A stretch of 64,000 nt of DNA, from assembly GCF_038025025.1 (NCBI RefSeq), contig NW_027117344.1:1488001-1552000 (forward strand). Reading direction: 5' to 3'. Both the position numbers and the translations under genes were made by a program. The DNA is from Phyllosticta citribraziliensis (taxonomy: Eukaryota). Below the pieces are notes generated by a model. The model was not told the origin of the DNA. It did no database searches and worked only from the letters and a program-made list of their open reading frames with translations. This document shows positions 36,613 through 48,020 of this stretch, piece by piece; positions within the stretch are counted from its first letter, which is position 1; the number at the start of each line of letters is the position of its first letter.

Positions 36613-38448
36613 TCAGTGCCCACCACCTGCTCCCTTCATCAGCTTCTCCGCCCTCTCCACCCACTCCCTCGCCACGCCTTCCAACGCACCACAGTCGTCA
36701 CTTTTCGCACCCTGTCCAAACATCTCTCCTGCCACGATCCCTTTCACAACTTTCAAACGCTCCTCCAAACTCTCGCCGTTCCCAAGTCCCTCATCCCCAT
36801 CTCCAGCTTGGTCCGACTCGTGCCCTTCTTGCCGCCGTCGCCGCCGGCCGAGCACACCGGCATTCCGCGTCGACGGTATGCGCATCATCTCCGTTTCTAC
36901 TTCGTAGCCGACGGCAGCAGTCAAGCGCACGACCCACGCCGTCAGCGAGGCGTAGGCAGAGGGCTGCTTACCATCTTTGCGGGGAAGCGTGCCAGACTTG
37001 CCGTCATTGTTGCCGTCATCATTATTGACGGCTGCGGGATTGGAAGCGGCTTTTCCCGACGCCGGCGCGCGAAATTTGGCACCGTTGAAATTGTGGCTGC
37101 AGCAGGGGATGGCGAAGAAAGGCGAGGAAGAGAGGGACGCGAGGAGAGGTGTCCAGGGCGTCAACTCGTCGGCGTGGTTGCTGATGATGAAGGTGCCAGC
37201 GGCGAAGACGCCGTTGTGGAAGTGTTCAGGCTGTGCGGCTTGACCCCGCCCAACATCGCCGTTGGATGTGGAGTCAAGGTCGAGAGAGGGTGTTTGGTTC
37301 GTTGCGTCCGTCGGCAGCATGCGGGTGAAGATCTCAGGCACCAGCACCATCTCCTTGAGCTGTTCTTGGACGGCCGCCGGGAACGTATCCCACGTCTTGC
37401 GGCGCCGGGCGTCGAAGCCCCAGCCACGGAACCCCTCGTTGAGCAAGATGTACACAAGAAGCCCGTTTCCGCAGCCAATGTCAACAAACCCAGTAAAGGG
37501 AGGCTTGTTCGTCTCCCCTGCTGCTGCTGCTTCTCCCCCACTGACATCATACATAGCCTTCCACACTTCAATTAAGAAACTAGCGATCCCCAAGTCCTCG
37601 AATACGTGCTTGCCTGCGGGCGTCTGCTCGACCCATCCTTCAATCAGCCGCTTCGCGTACCGCGCCTTCAGGTCCGTGTACGTGTCTTGGAACGCAGCCT
37701 GCGGCACCACGACATCATGATGCACGCGCTTCTTGTAGCCGGCCTTTTGTCCGAGGCTGTGCTTGTTGATGAGCGTGAGCAGGGCGAGCGCCGTGCGCCG
37801 CAGCCGAGTGGTTAGCTCGCTCGAGGGAAAGAGGCGGTAATGCAGCGAGAAGGTGCCGGTCGGCGGCGCCGTCGTCGTCGTCGTCGTCGGGGACGAGGCG
37901 ACCGAGGGGCTGCTGCTGGTGGGAAAGCTGTGCAGAAAGGCGAGGCTCTGCACGGTAGGATGGTAGAAAGGTACATCTTCGGGCTTGCTCGCGTGGGGGA
38001 GGTAGACGACGAGGTTCTCCTCCGTCGCCGCGTTGCGCCGCCGGAAGATGTGGCACGTTTGCACGAGCGGGTCGTCGCGCTGGGGGTTCCGCGGAATCAT
38101 GCGCCGCACGATTGTCTGCTCGAGAGTGTAGCCGGGAACCTGGCATGGCAGCGGGCGGTACTCTGCCTTGATGTGCTGGACGAACTTGCCCTCCGGGTCG
38201 TTGAAGCTGTCGTAGAAGATTTCGGCGCGGAAGAGGTACGTGGACGCAATGTCCGGATGCTTGATCAGATTGAGCATCACTTTTTGAAAGTATTCGGGCT
38301 CGAAGGAGACGGGCGTCTCTAGCATGGACGTCCATGTTTCGCCTGGCAGAGAAAATGTTGCTGGTCCATTGGATAAGTCGCGTGGGTTGAAGAGTTTGTC
38401 GCTTTTTCCCTGCTCCTCGTTGTTTCCTTGCTCTTTCGGTTCGCTCAT
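36613..38448 (-). CDS. TRM44: tRNA(Ser) Um44 2'-O-methyltransferase
   Basis: YKKRVHHD, KHVFEDLGIASFLI, FVDIGCGNGLLV, GWGFDARRRKTW, ISNHADELTPW, IPCC and MRIPSTRN. Start chosen at MSEPKEQ. Confidence 0.92.
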   Translation of the reverse strand: MSEPKEQGNNEEQGKSDKLFNPRDLSNGPATFSLPGETWTSMLETPVSFEPEYFQKVMLNLIKHPDIASTYLFRAEIFYDSFNDPEGKFVQHIKAEYRPLPCQVPGYTLEQTIVRRMIPRNPQRDDPLVQTCHIFRRRNAATEENLVVYLPHASKPEDVPFYHPTVQSLAFLHSFPTSSSPSVASSPTTTTTTAPPTGTFSLHYRLFPSSELTTRLRRTALALLTLINKHSLGQKAGYKKRVHHDVVVPQAAFQDTYTDLKARYAKRLIEGWVEQTPAGKHVFEDLGIASFLIEVWKAMYDVSGGEAAAAGETNKPPFTGFVDIGCGNGLLVYILLNEGFRGWGFDARRRKTWDTFPAAVQEQLKEMVLVPEIFTRMLPTDATNQTPSLDLDSTSNGDVGRGQAAQPEHFHNGVFAAGTFIISNHADELTPWTPLLASLSSSPFFAIPCCSHNFNGAKFRAPASGKAASNPAAVNNDDGNNDGKSGTLPRKDGKQPSAYASLTAWVVRLTAAVGYEVETEMMRIPSTRNAGVLGRRRRRQEGHESDQAGDGDEGLGNGESLEERLKVVKGIVAGEMFGQGAKSDDCGALEGVAREWVERAEKLMKGAGGGH

Positions 38449-38811
38449 GCCTTTGATGATCCCTGGTAAGTACAATATGGATGTCCTTTTTCGAAGGTGT
38501 TCTCCAATATTGCCGTGTTTTGTTGCTTGGTGTTTGTCATGGATGGTGGCCAATCCTCGCAAGACGTTGGACGGGGCTTCGACAATAGTCGTGGCCGCTT
38601 TTTCAACAACTCAGCTCAGCATTATACACCCATCCTTACTTCATCTCTTCTCCAATTCGAGATGACAAGGAGGACTGGAGTGTCGATCCATTTTTGAATT
38701 GAAATGTTGTTTGTGAGTCGTATCTACATTGTTCCACTTGGAATTTCTTCGTCTACAGAACAATCTATCGAGTTTTATCGCATAAACTTGTCTGATCCAA
38801 CACAAGCTCGC

Positions 38812-40805
38812 TCAAGCGTCGAGCTCCAGGCTCTCCAAAAGCTTGTCAATCTTTCCAAGCAGTACCTGGTAGTTTATGGCATCCTGGGCAAATTCATCGC
38901 CCGCAACATCTCCATCCAAGGTGTGAATGTTTCCATCGCCCAGCTGCAGTTTCTCCAAGGCTTCCGTCGGAGGTTGATCCTCTGCATCAGCAGATTTGCT
39001 CGTCTTTAGTCTATCCTCTGCTGCATTTATTGCAGCAGACGAAATGTCATTCTCTTCGTCCAGCATTTCCTCAATTCCAGATTCCTCAAACCGCAGTCGA
39101 AATCGCTCGGAAAGATAATAACGAATGTCGTCAATCAGCTCGACGGTATCCGTCTCTTGACGCGCTTTGACTCTTGCTGCAGACTCTTTGACCAGTTCCG
39201 CAAATTCTTCCTGGTCGATGTAACGCTCAAGGCGATATGCAATGTAGCGTGCGCCGAATTCTTCCAGTCGTTGCACGCGCGTGTCCCAGCCTGCCCTGAC
39301 AACATCGTAGACGTCGATTTCCTCTTCTTCCTGCGTCAATTCGCCGCGAGGGTTCTCCGACTCGACCACTGACATTGCACCGTTGCCCAGGGTGCTGATG
39401 ATTTGAGCAGCTCTTACTTTGAGTTTCTCGAGCCAGAGAAGATCAGCAGCAAAGAGGACGTCAATTGCTACTTCAAGAGGGAAATCTGCTCGTTCCGTGT
39501 ACATGAAAGTAAGGATAATTTCGAGAACTTGTGGTGAGCAGTCAATCGGAATTATTTGCAGGTGCGGTGTCTGCTGTGCTTCGCGGAAAGAAGAAGAGAA
39601 CATTGTTTGGAAGAATTCCGAGCGAATAAGCATGGCACGGTGCGCCGGGAACAGTACCGATTTGCGTGTATGGCGGGGTCCGACGGGTGATCGCGATATC
39701 CGCGTGCTTGGGCCGATTGGAATTCCATTGAGCGGGCCTTCGGTATTCCGTATCGGTAGTGCGTCCGAGTCTGGAGTTGAAGGAGTTGGTGTTTGTTCAT
39801 CCTCGTCAAAGTCGTCCTCGTCGGCGCGGAGAAGGACGTCGGCAAAGATGCCATTGTTCCGATCCCATTTTACGCTGTCTGCTTTGTCCGTGTCCACGAT
39901 AATTTTGTGCTTGAGCAGATTGTCTCTGAACCATGCTTCTAATTGATCCCGCCCTTTGTTCAGCTCATCAGTTCGTCGCTGGCGTGCCAGACGCCTGTCT
40001 CCGCTCTCCAGGATGTGATCGAAAAGATAGTCCATTTCCAGGATCTTTCCCAGTCGATCCACACCTGCCAGGATGATTTTCTCGTCTTCACCACCACCAA
40101 GCTTCGTGTTGTACTCGGCGAAGTACAGGTGCCGAATCACAATTTCCAGTGACTCGGCAGGTATCTTGTCCGAGTCGAATTTGACCGTTTTCATTTCCGG
40201 TTTGTCCATGAACTTGTTGGCGAAGTGGAGCGATCGCGCGGACAAGACGAACTTGTGGAGGTCCAGAGCACTATCCCTCGTTATGACGATAATATCTGTC
40301 GTCTTGGGAGTGTCCCTTGTCAAAAGAGATGCTATATGAGCTGCGAGTGGCTGCAAAGGGTCGGTCGATTTCGAGTAATCGTAGGATAAGAGGAGGTTGC
40401 GTATGCGGTCGTTGAGAGCATTGTACAAACAACGCTCGCCTTGGAATGTGTCGCGTTCGCAAAGAGCTCCAGATTCGAGGAGATGCTGAACGACCTCATA
40501 GTGTCCACAGAGGCTGGCCTTTGACATGTAACCATCAGCCACCTGCCTGGGAAGAGACTTTTAGATGCGTTGGAGCTTCTCACCAGAATCAGAGGAGTAT
40601 AGTCATATTGGTCGCGGGCATTGAGGTTCACACCCTTGGAAATCTGCTCCTGGCAAATCTTCAGGTCACCCCGCCGACAAGCTTCGCAGAGGATGCGGAA
40701 GTCCTCGCTCAAGTCAAGCGGAGCGTCTTCCTTGAGCTTCCCGGCCCGGATGGCCTTGTTCTCCTCGTAAAGGGAAGCCTCGAGCTCGTGCTTGGCGACG
40801 ACCAT
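38812..40805 (-). CDS. Ankyrin repeat and BTB/POZ domain protein (Btb3/ABTB1-like)
   Basis: LCEACRRGD..NARDQYDYTPLIL|ASLCGH ankyrin repeat across intron 40583-40519. Two BTB-like segments: LHKFVLSARS and FPAHRAMLIRSEFF. Confidence 0.9.
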
Positions 40806-41344
40806 GTTGACTGGCGACTCAGAGGTGGTGAAGAGCGAGCAAGACGATGGCTAAAGTGGCGTATCGGTGATGCGGCAGTTAGGGCCGATGACATAATCCA
40901 AGTGGCAGCAAAAAGCGCCATTGGCAGCGACGGGAGGCGGGGTTCAGCGTCTTGTTCATTTCCAGGCCCGGAGTGGATGCAGCAGGAATCAACGTGGAGA
41001 GGCGCCAAAGGCAGACGGCGCGGAAATGCCAAAATGGAATTCCTCGACGTGCTCCATCATGAACAGCGACGTGAGTTCGCTTCTTCAGCCCCGCGGCCCC
41101 GGCAGAGAGCACCCACGGCAGACCCTAGCTGCGGCACGTGCCGGTGGAGCCATGACGCATCCGGCCTCCCGCCAAGCACGTGACTGCTTATTTCCCCAGC
41201 GACGGGCGTAAACATCAACAGCTGGCTGCCAACAACCACTTTTTCGGTCTCCAACACCGCACAGCTCTACTAACCACGCAGCATGTTTTGATCCCCCACC
41301 ACATCCCCCCACTGCCGCCTTTTACCCCGACAGCATCTTTGACA

Positions 41345-43833
41345 ATGGCCGACGACGACAAGTACGATGTTCTTGAAAAAATTGGTGCGCTGCCTTTTTC
41401 GCTGCTGCGGCGCATCGCAAGCTAACATCCGCACTATAGGCCAGGGCTCCTTTGGCATCATCCGCAAGGTGCGCCGAAAGTCGGACGGCTATGTCAGTAT
41501 TCCTCGCACCTCCACCACCCTCATCTCGCTGATGCATGGCGACAGGTCCTCTGCAGGAAGGAGATTAGCTACTCGAAAATGTCGGCCAAAGAAAAGGAAC
41601 AGCTGCAGGCCGAACTATCAATCTTGAAGGAACTTCGTCATCCCAACATCGTCGCCTATATCGACAGAGTCCACCTCAAGTCCTCTCACGACCTACATGT
41701 CTACATGGAATACTGTGGCAACGGCGATCTGGGCCAGGTCATCAAGAAGCTCAAGACGAAGCGTCAATACGCCGACGAAGAATTTGTCTGGAGCATCTTC
41801 TCCCAAATTGTGTGCGCTCTTTACAGATGCCACTACGGCGACGATCCGCCAGAGGCCGGCAAAAATGTCATGGGTCTGGGCAACGACGCCATTCCCAACA
41901 GAGACAAGCAGAAGAACCTCATGATTCTGCACAGAGATCTCAAGCCGGAGAATGGTGAGGTTGCCGGCCCCTGGTTTTGCTAAGGTGCTAATCCTAGAAA
42001 GTCTTTCTCGGCGCGGACAACTCGGTCAAGCTTGGTGACTTTGGACTGTCAAAGATCATGCAGTCGCACGATTTTGCCTCGACCTACGTCGGCACCCCTT
42101 ACTACATGTCTCCAGAAATTTGCATGTCAGAAAAGTATACTTTGTACTCGGACATCTGGGCATTAGGATGCATCATCTACGAACTATGCGCCCAGAGACC
42201 TCCCTTTGATGCAAAGACTCATTTTGAGCTCATCCAAAAGATCCGCCGTGGATACTTCGACCCACTGCCGGAAATCTACTCTCCCGAACTGAAAAAGGTC
42301 GTTGCAAGCTGTCTCAACGTCCACTCGGGTAAGAGACCAGAGACTGCGCAGTTGCTCAATTTGCCCATTGTCAAATTGATGCGAAAGGAGCAAGAAGTCG
42401 TTCAATTGGGCCAACTGTTGAAGAAGGAAAGGGAATTGGTCAAGCACAGAGAGACAGAGTTCAACAAAAAGCTCGAATCGTCTGAGCAAGAGAAGGAGGT
42501 GATGCGGTTGGACATTGAAGCTCAGCTCCGCCGCGAGTGGGAACTCAAGGCCCGCTTGGAGATTGACCAGCAAGTCAGCAGGGAGCTGGAGAAACTGCGC
42601 AAGACGTTTGAGGTCGAAGTTGAAAAGCAAGTGTCGCAGCAAGTAGACATCCGCATGCATGCATGGAAACTGCAGCAAAATAGCGGCGAAGCCGGGCGAT
42701 CTTCGACGCCAACGTTCGACGGATCCGAACCTCACAAATCTTGCAGCACCTCGGGCGAGCAGTCCGACTTTCCATCGCAGACCGACATCTCGTCCTACTC
42801 TCTGGAATCATCCGGCGCTTCGAAGCCCAAAGCCGAGACGCCAAACAAGCAACGCCCACCACGCCAGGCTTTCCAACGAGCCCACACGACCGCCTTTAAT
42901 GAAGTGGCAGGCTCGCCAATGGACATCCAAATGGCGGACCCATCTCCCATCTCCCTTGCTGGTCTTTCTCTGAGCCCTCGTCGCAACCAGCAAGCAAACG
43001 AGCCCAAGATTCGCCGCAACATCTTCGCCGCCGCTGACAGATGGCAACCCACAAACATGTCTGATCCGGTTTCTCCCACACAATGCCCGGAAAGTCCAAC
43101 CGCCTCATCAGAAGATGAAATGGAGGACGACAGCATGCCAACATTGCCCTCGCCCACGCGCGCTCGCAGCGTGACAAACCTGCGCAAAATGAATGCAGAC
43201 AATGACCCATTCAAAGCAATGAACGCAGGAAACGCCGCCCAAAATGCGGCGACCCGGCTCATGCTCGACCGCCGCGCAAACTTCAAGTCTAACATCCTCC
43301 CCCAACGTACTCCAACCGCCCCGAATGCCGCCCTTGCCAACCTTCGTGCAGGTGGAACAGCCACCAGTGGCCCATCGCAGCCGCCCGCACGCCCACGCCC
43401 AACGAGCACTGTACCCATCGTCGCGACCTCGCCGCAGCGCAAGAAGACCACTCCGCCGGCTGCAGATGGCGTGTTTGATACTGGATTCCGCAGCAAGAAG
43501 GGCGCCATTTCCGGTTTGCGCAGAGACGTCCTCGGCAACGCGATTAATGGCCGTACGCTGGTCGAGCTGAACAGCAACAAGGTGAACAAATCCAACAGCG
43601 ACAATGGCAGTGCCAATGGTCGAGACGCAGCCAGGCGTTCTAGCGGCGAGTCTGGCAGCGAGAACGAAGGCCCGAACGGCCCACCTGGCAGGAAGGGCAG
43701 TGAGGGATACATGGAACAGAAGCATGGTGTGGCGAAGTGGAACATGGAGGATCCGAACTGCCCAAGTCCCTTCTTGAGAAAGGGCACCGGTGGCGTCAGG
43801 GGTCTGTTTGCCGGCACGGCAGCGTTGAGATGA
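41345..43833 (+). CDS. nimA: G2-specific NIMA (NEK family) protein kinase
   Basis: IGQGSFG, LCRKEI, HRDLKPEN|VFL, KLGDFGLSK, STYVGTPYYMSPE, then a coiled coil and C-terminal PSPFL. Introns 41385-41439, 41493-41545 and 41955-42001. Confidence 0.95.
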
Positions 43834-45600
43834 GCGACTTGAGAGTGCATGAAAGGAGAGTAGCCGGTAAGGAGAGGGGAGGTAACAGCGGGCCAAGCAG
43901 CGGTGGGGGTGACGGGACGGACATGCTGCACGAGATTCCTTTGTCTCCTTCCCACACTCCTTTTCTCCCATGCTCTCTCGCTTCTTTTTCCCGGCGCTGA
44001 GCCCCCCGTGGCAAGCCGGATCCCCCAACTCCTTCGCTCCTGATTCCCCCCTTTTTCCTTTGTTTACTTTCTGCACCTGTTGCATCATCAAAGCATGAAC
44101 AAAAGTCATTCATCAGTAACGACACGACCGACAGGTCTGGAACCCTTTGCCCGGGTCCCTCATCCAGCCACCGTCATACCACATGGCAACTACTCTCTTC
44201 CTTATTCACCTATTTTCTCTCTTTGCTTTTCGCTGTCTCATACTGTTCTCTCCTATATAACTTGTTTCCTCTGCCCGACGCCGGTCCATCTGCCCCTTCT
44301 CGACTCGCTCTCTGAGAAGGAGATGAAGGTGGCATCATTGGTGGCGCGGGCAGCACCAGTAGCACTTTTTTTTTTCGTTCTGGCAGCAGTCCTACTACAC
44401 TGCATTCGATTTGGCTTCGGTTTCGATCCTCTCTCATTCGTAAGGCGCAGCGGCGTTCGTTCAGTTGGATACAGACTGGACTGGACTGGACTGGGACTTG
44501 GACAACTGGATTGGATGGCATGGGACTGGATTGGAAAGGCAGTAGTGTGGATATGGTCATGCCTTTTGCCTCTTTTACGCCCAAATCATCACTTTAAACC
44601 AATTTGCTCTGCGCGTTCTTGTGTTTGACTTTGTGGTGCTTCTTGTTTGTTCCGCCCGATTCTCGGATTCGTGGAAGCATTTGTGGTGCGCTGCTTTGCT
44701 TTGCACCCCCGATCTCTCCCCTTTGTTTACCTCCTCTACTTTTCCCCTTTCCTATTTGTCACGGGAGAGCGGCGCGAGTGAGCCAGGTGGGAGGTGCTCT
44801 GGGGTTCGAGTCGAGTCGACACTGGCGAACAGGACACCAGTCCGTCAGGCAGGCAGAAAGTTGAGAAGAGTCTCCGAAAGAGAGGAAGAGACTGGCATTT
44901 GTCGTTGGGCAGCCGCCGGCATCAAGGGTTGGGTGCTCTGTTGGTCTTCGTGACGTCAGGAGCGCGTCCTAGCCGTCCTTCCATTTCTCTCGTAATCTGA
45001 TTCAATCCATCATTGCAAACCTGCTTTGTTCTGCTTCTTTGCACCTGCCGGGCTTGAGCGATAAGCCTCATCATCATATTTTTCAATCCTACTTGTTCGC
45101 GAATTTGCCTTTCAACTCGTCTGCCAGTGATTGACTACCTTGTCGATGGCGTTAAGATCTGCTTGTCCTTGAAGACTGGGCTGATGCGTTTATCATTTCT
45201 TGGATGTTTGCACTGTTGGTGTATCTAAACCGAATAGCATTGTCCACGCATGTGTATATTTATGTGGATGGACAGCGGCTTGATAGCCTGAAATATGTTG
45301 TCGACTCTCTTATTGACATTTCGTCTTTCTGCTTGCACCTGCTCTCTTCGTGGGAGTCAAATGTGAAAAGACAAGATCCTCAAATGCATCATGGCTTATC
45401 CAAGAAAGTGGAAAGTGATGTCCGTAGCCGACCATGCCCGTCCTACCCGAAAAAGCCATTCACCCTGTAACGCCAACGCTTTTTATGCTGCCTGTGCTCT
45501 CCACATTAATGCCATAGCTGCATCCATCGGTCGTAGTGCTTCTGCGCGTACTTCTCCTTTGCCCGTAAACCCGTCCCAACAACCCCCAGGCCACAGCCCA

Positions 45601-46998
45601 TTATTCACCAAGGCCGAGGAAATCAGTCCTCAAGATCAAGTCAACCCATGCCCAAATTCGCCAGTACAAGCTAGAATTGTCCCAGTCGAAGGACCCGTCT
45701 TCTTTCCGCGGCACTTCATTGCCAATAACTTCCGTGCCTCCGCTCAGGAACATGCCAATGATGGGCCAACTGCCGAATGTTTGCTGCCACCAGTTGCCAA
45801 CGGGAAGAAGAGCCTGTTCGGGAGGCAGAAGCACGGCGCGTTTCGCACCGCGGATCCTCAGAGGTGGAGGCTCAAAGGCCGTCGCTAGTTGAGGATACTC
45901 GACTTGGCCGTTTGGCTGAGTGCTCTGCTGCATCGCTGTAGGATCGGCGGCAATTGTAGTAGAAGCAGGTGGGATGGGGTTCATGGAGGACCTGTGTGGA
46001 ACGCGACGGCGCGCAGTGGGAACGCCTGCCGTGGCAGTGGCCGAAGAAGCGGTCTCAGAGCTTGCGGTGGGTGAGCCGCCAGACGGACCGCGAATAGTTG
46101 TACTCGAGTGAGAGGGCGACGCGTTGATACCGTTGAGCGTGACACGTGAAGCAGGTATCGCTTCGTCGTTGGCGGGTCCAGTGCCACGGTATAGCTCAGC
46201 GTACACGGCGTGGCCGTGGATAATGTGGGGAGAATAATGACACGCGCGATCAGCGGCTTCCGGAGAATCGAAGGTGACCTTGATCCAGTGGTCCCCGCCA
46301 CAATAGGTGTTCTTCTTTTTAAGCGCCGCTGGAGTGAGCTTGCGCTGTACAGCTGCTGCGCGGCTTGAGCTCAGAGTGAGGTTGTACTTGGAAGTTGGAG
46401 GACAACGTTCGTAGTCTTCGTAAACGATGCCCTCAGAGATGCGCTCATAGAACTCAATCGCTGCCCATTGTGTGTCGCCGCCAAATCCGTACAATATGAC
46501 CTCTGTTGGTTCTGCTGCTACTGTGGACTGACTCGTGGGAAGAGCGGGCGCGGCGGCGGTCTGCGCGGAGGACTGTGTTGGCGCGGTTTGCTGAACGGAA
46601 TCTTGGGTTTTCGCGGCAGGCGCTTTGAGATGGTTGAAGATGTCGTCGATGGCCTTGAAGTTGTCGACGCGTGCTTGGTCTTCCTTGCGAGCGGGAGTGC
46701 CTGTAGTCTTACTTCGCGAAAAGTTGCGACGCCGTGTTGACCTGCCAAACGGTCCTCTCTCTTCGACGTGGCGTCGCGGACCTGATGGGTCGTTACTGAA
46801 GTCAGAAAAGTCGTCAGTAAGAGATTCTATAGATGAGCTTCTTGAGCTTTGGCTCATGCCGCAGGTAGACTGGACTCTGTAGAAGAAGACGTACTCTGCG
46901 TATTCATAGCCCCAAGGCAATTGGCGGCCTGCAGCGTCGAAGGCGCGTTCCGCCTCTGGAACTGCATGGACCTGCATGCCGCCACGAAACGTATTCAT
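45601..46998 (-). CDS. Nup53/Nup35/Nup40-like nucleoporin (RRM-type domain, C-terminal amphipathic helix)
   Basis: EVILYGF, GGDHWIKVTFDSPEAADRAC and C-terminal YWRIWAWVDLILRTDFLG. Intron 46894-46796. Confidence 0.8.
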   Translation of the reverse strand: MNTFRGGMQVHAVPEAERAFDAAGRQLPWGYEYAEYVFFYRVQSTCGMSQSSRSSSIESLTDDFSDFSNDPSGPRRHVEERGPFGRSTRRRNFSRSKTTGTPARKEDQARVDNFKAIDDIFNHLKAPAAKTQDSVQQTAPTQSSAQTAAAPALPTSQSTVAAEPTEVILYGFGGDTQWAAIEFYERISEGIVYEDYERCPPTSKYNLTLSSSRAAAVQRKLTPAALKKKNTYCGGDHWIKVTFDSPEAADRACHYSPHIIHGHAVYAELYRGTGPANDEAIPASRVTLNGINASPSHSSTTIRGPSGGSPTASSETASSATATAGVPTARRRVPHRSSMNPIPPASTTIAADPTAMQQSTQPNGQVEYPQLATAFEPPPLRIRGAKRAVLLPPEQALLPVGNWWQQTFGSWPIIGMFLSGGTEVIGNEVPRKEDGSFDWDNSSLYWRIWAWVDLILRTDFLGLGE

Positions 46999-47761
46999 CG
47001 TGTCCGGCTCGTCTCGTTGGAAAAATGGGATGTATGGACCAGAAAGAGCGGGAAGGTCGCGGGAAAGAAGTCTGCGCGGTGGATGGCTTGCGATGTTTAC
47101 AGAGGCCCTGGTCGGCCTGGCACCGCCACTGGAAAAACGTACGCCCGAGCCGAGGCTCTCGATGCCCAAGCGCTGAGGCTCGAGATGAATGGCCATCCCT
47201 GGCGGTGGATTTGCAATTGGCGGTTGGCAGTTTCTTGGGCAACTGGAAAACAGTCGTCGGATTATGCTCCTGTTGAGACGCGGTTGCCTGCAGCTCAACG
47301 CGATTGCGGTACCTTTCAACCGGGTGGCCCGTTTTGGCGGAAGGTTGCATTGGGTCAAGCCGGCGGCGGTTTGGCCTTGAACGCATATCTCTGATACGCA
47401 TCAAAAGCATGGCAAGAGTTCTTGGATAAATGCTCAATTCATTATACGAAATCAAGACTACATAAGGCATGTCTTGAACGAGGCATTTGGGCCACCCCGG
47501 TCATCTGAGCACCCAGACCCTGACGTTTCCTGACCACTCAACAGGCCCAGGAATCTGAACGTATCATTCCATTCAGACTCTTGAGCCCCGGTAGACAAGG
47601 GTGAGCTTGACTACCCAGTCCGCACGTCCACCAGTCTAACGACCAGAGCGTGCGGAGGCAGAGGCTCGGAGTAGACATCCAAGTCTTCGAAATCTACAAA
47701 ACTATTGACATGGTCAGCGATAGTTCGACAACTGAGCCAAAGTAAAGTGTAAGGTAGTTGT

Positions 47762-47842
47762 GTTCTCAGTGATCTTGGTGTAAAAGAATCATACCCGAAG
47801 GTCAAATACTATCTAGGCGTGATAAAGTTTTAATCATCGAAC
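47762..47842 (-). ncRNA. Box C/D snoRNA, U24/snR24-like D guide (25S Cm1437-equivalent) plus second LSU guide
   Basis: C ATGATTA 47837-47831; D' guide CTAGATAGTA 47816-47807; D' TTGA; ACC-TTCG-GGT hairpin; C' ATGATT; D guide CACCAAGATC 47780-47771; D CTGA 47769-47766; terminal stem GTTC/GAAC. Confidence 0.85.
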
Positions 47843-48020
47843 GGAGGGGAAGGTGCAAAGAAGAAATTTCGCATACCTCACCAAAACTGCTGGACGAGCC
47901 AGCGAACGGTGCGAAGAGACAATCGCTTCGAGAGCGTTGCCGGATGTCGCTACTACTACAGCACAAGTCAGCGAAAGTTCGCAAAGTGCGTGAGGCGCAA
48001 CGAGTTGCCAAAGGGTGTGA

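Noticed and set aside
36469..37575. 368-aa ORF antisense to TRM44
   Set aside because: Shadow ORF of a conserved GC-rich gene.
42795..44109. 386-aa and 333-aa antisense ORFs over nimA
   Set aside because: Shadow frames of a bona fide kinase gene.
41345..46998. Adjacency of nimA and a nucleoporin gene as a functional cluster
   Set aside because: NIMA does regulate nuclear pore disassembly, but neighbouring convergent housekeeping genes are not evidence of a system.
46999..47358. N-terminal extension of the Nup53-like ORF
   Set aside because: It begins at a non-ATG codon and looks like promoter/5'-UTR read-through. The conserved-looking sequence starts at ATG 46998.
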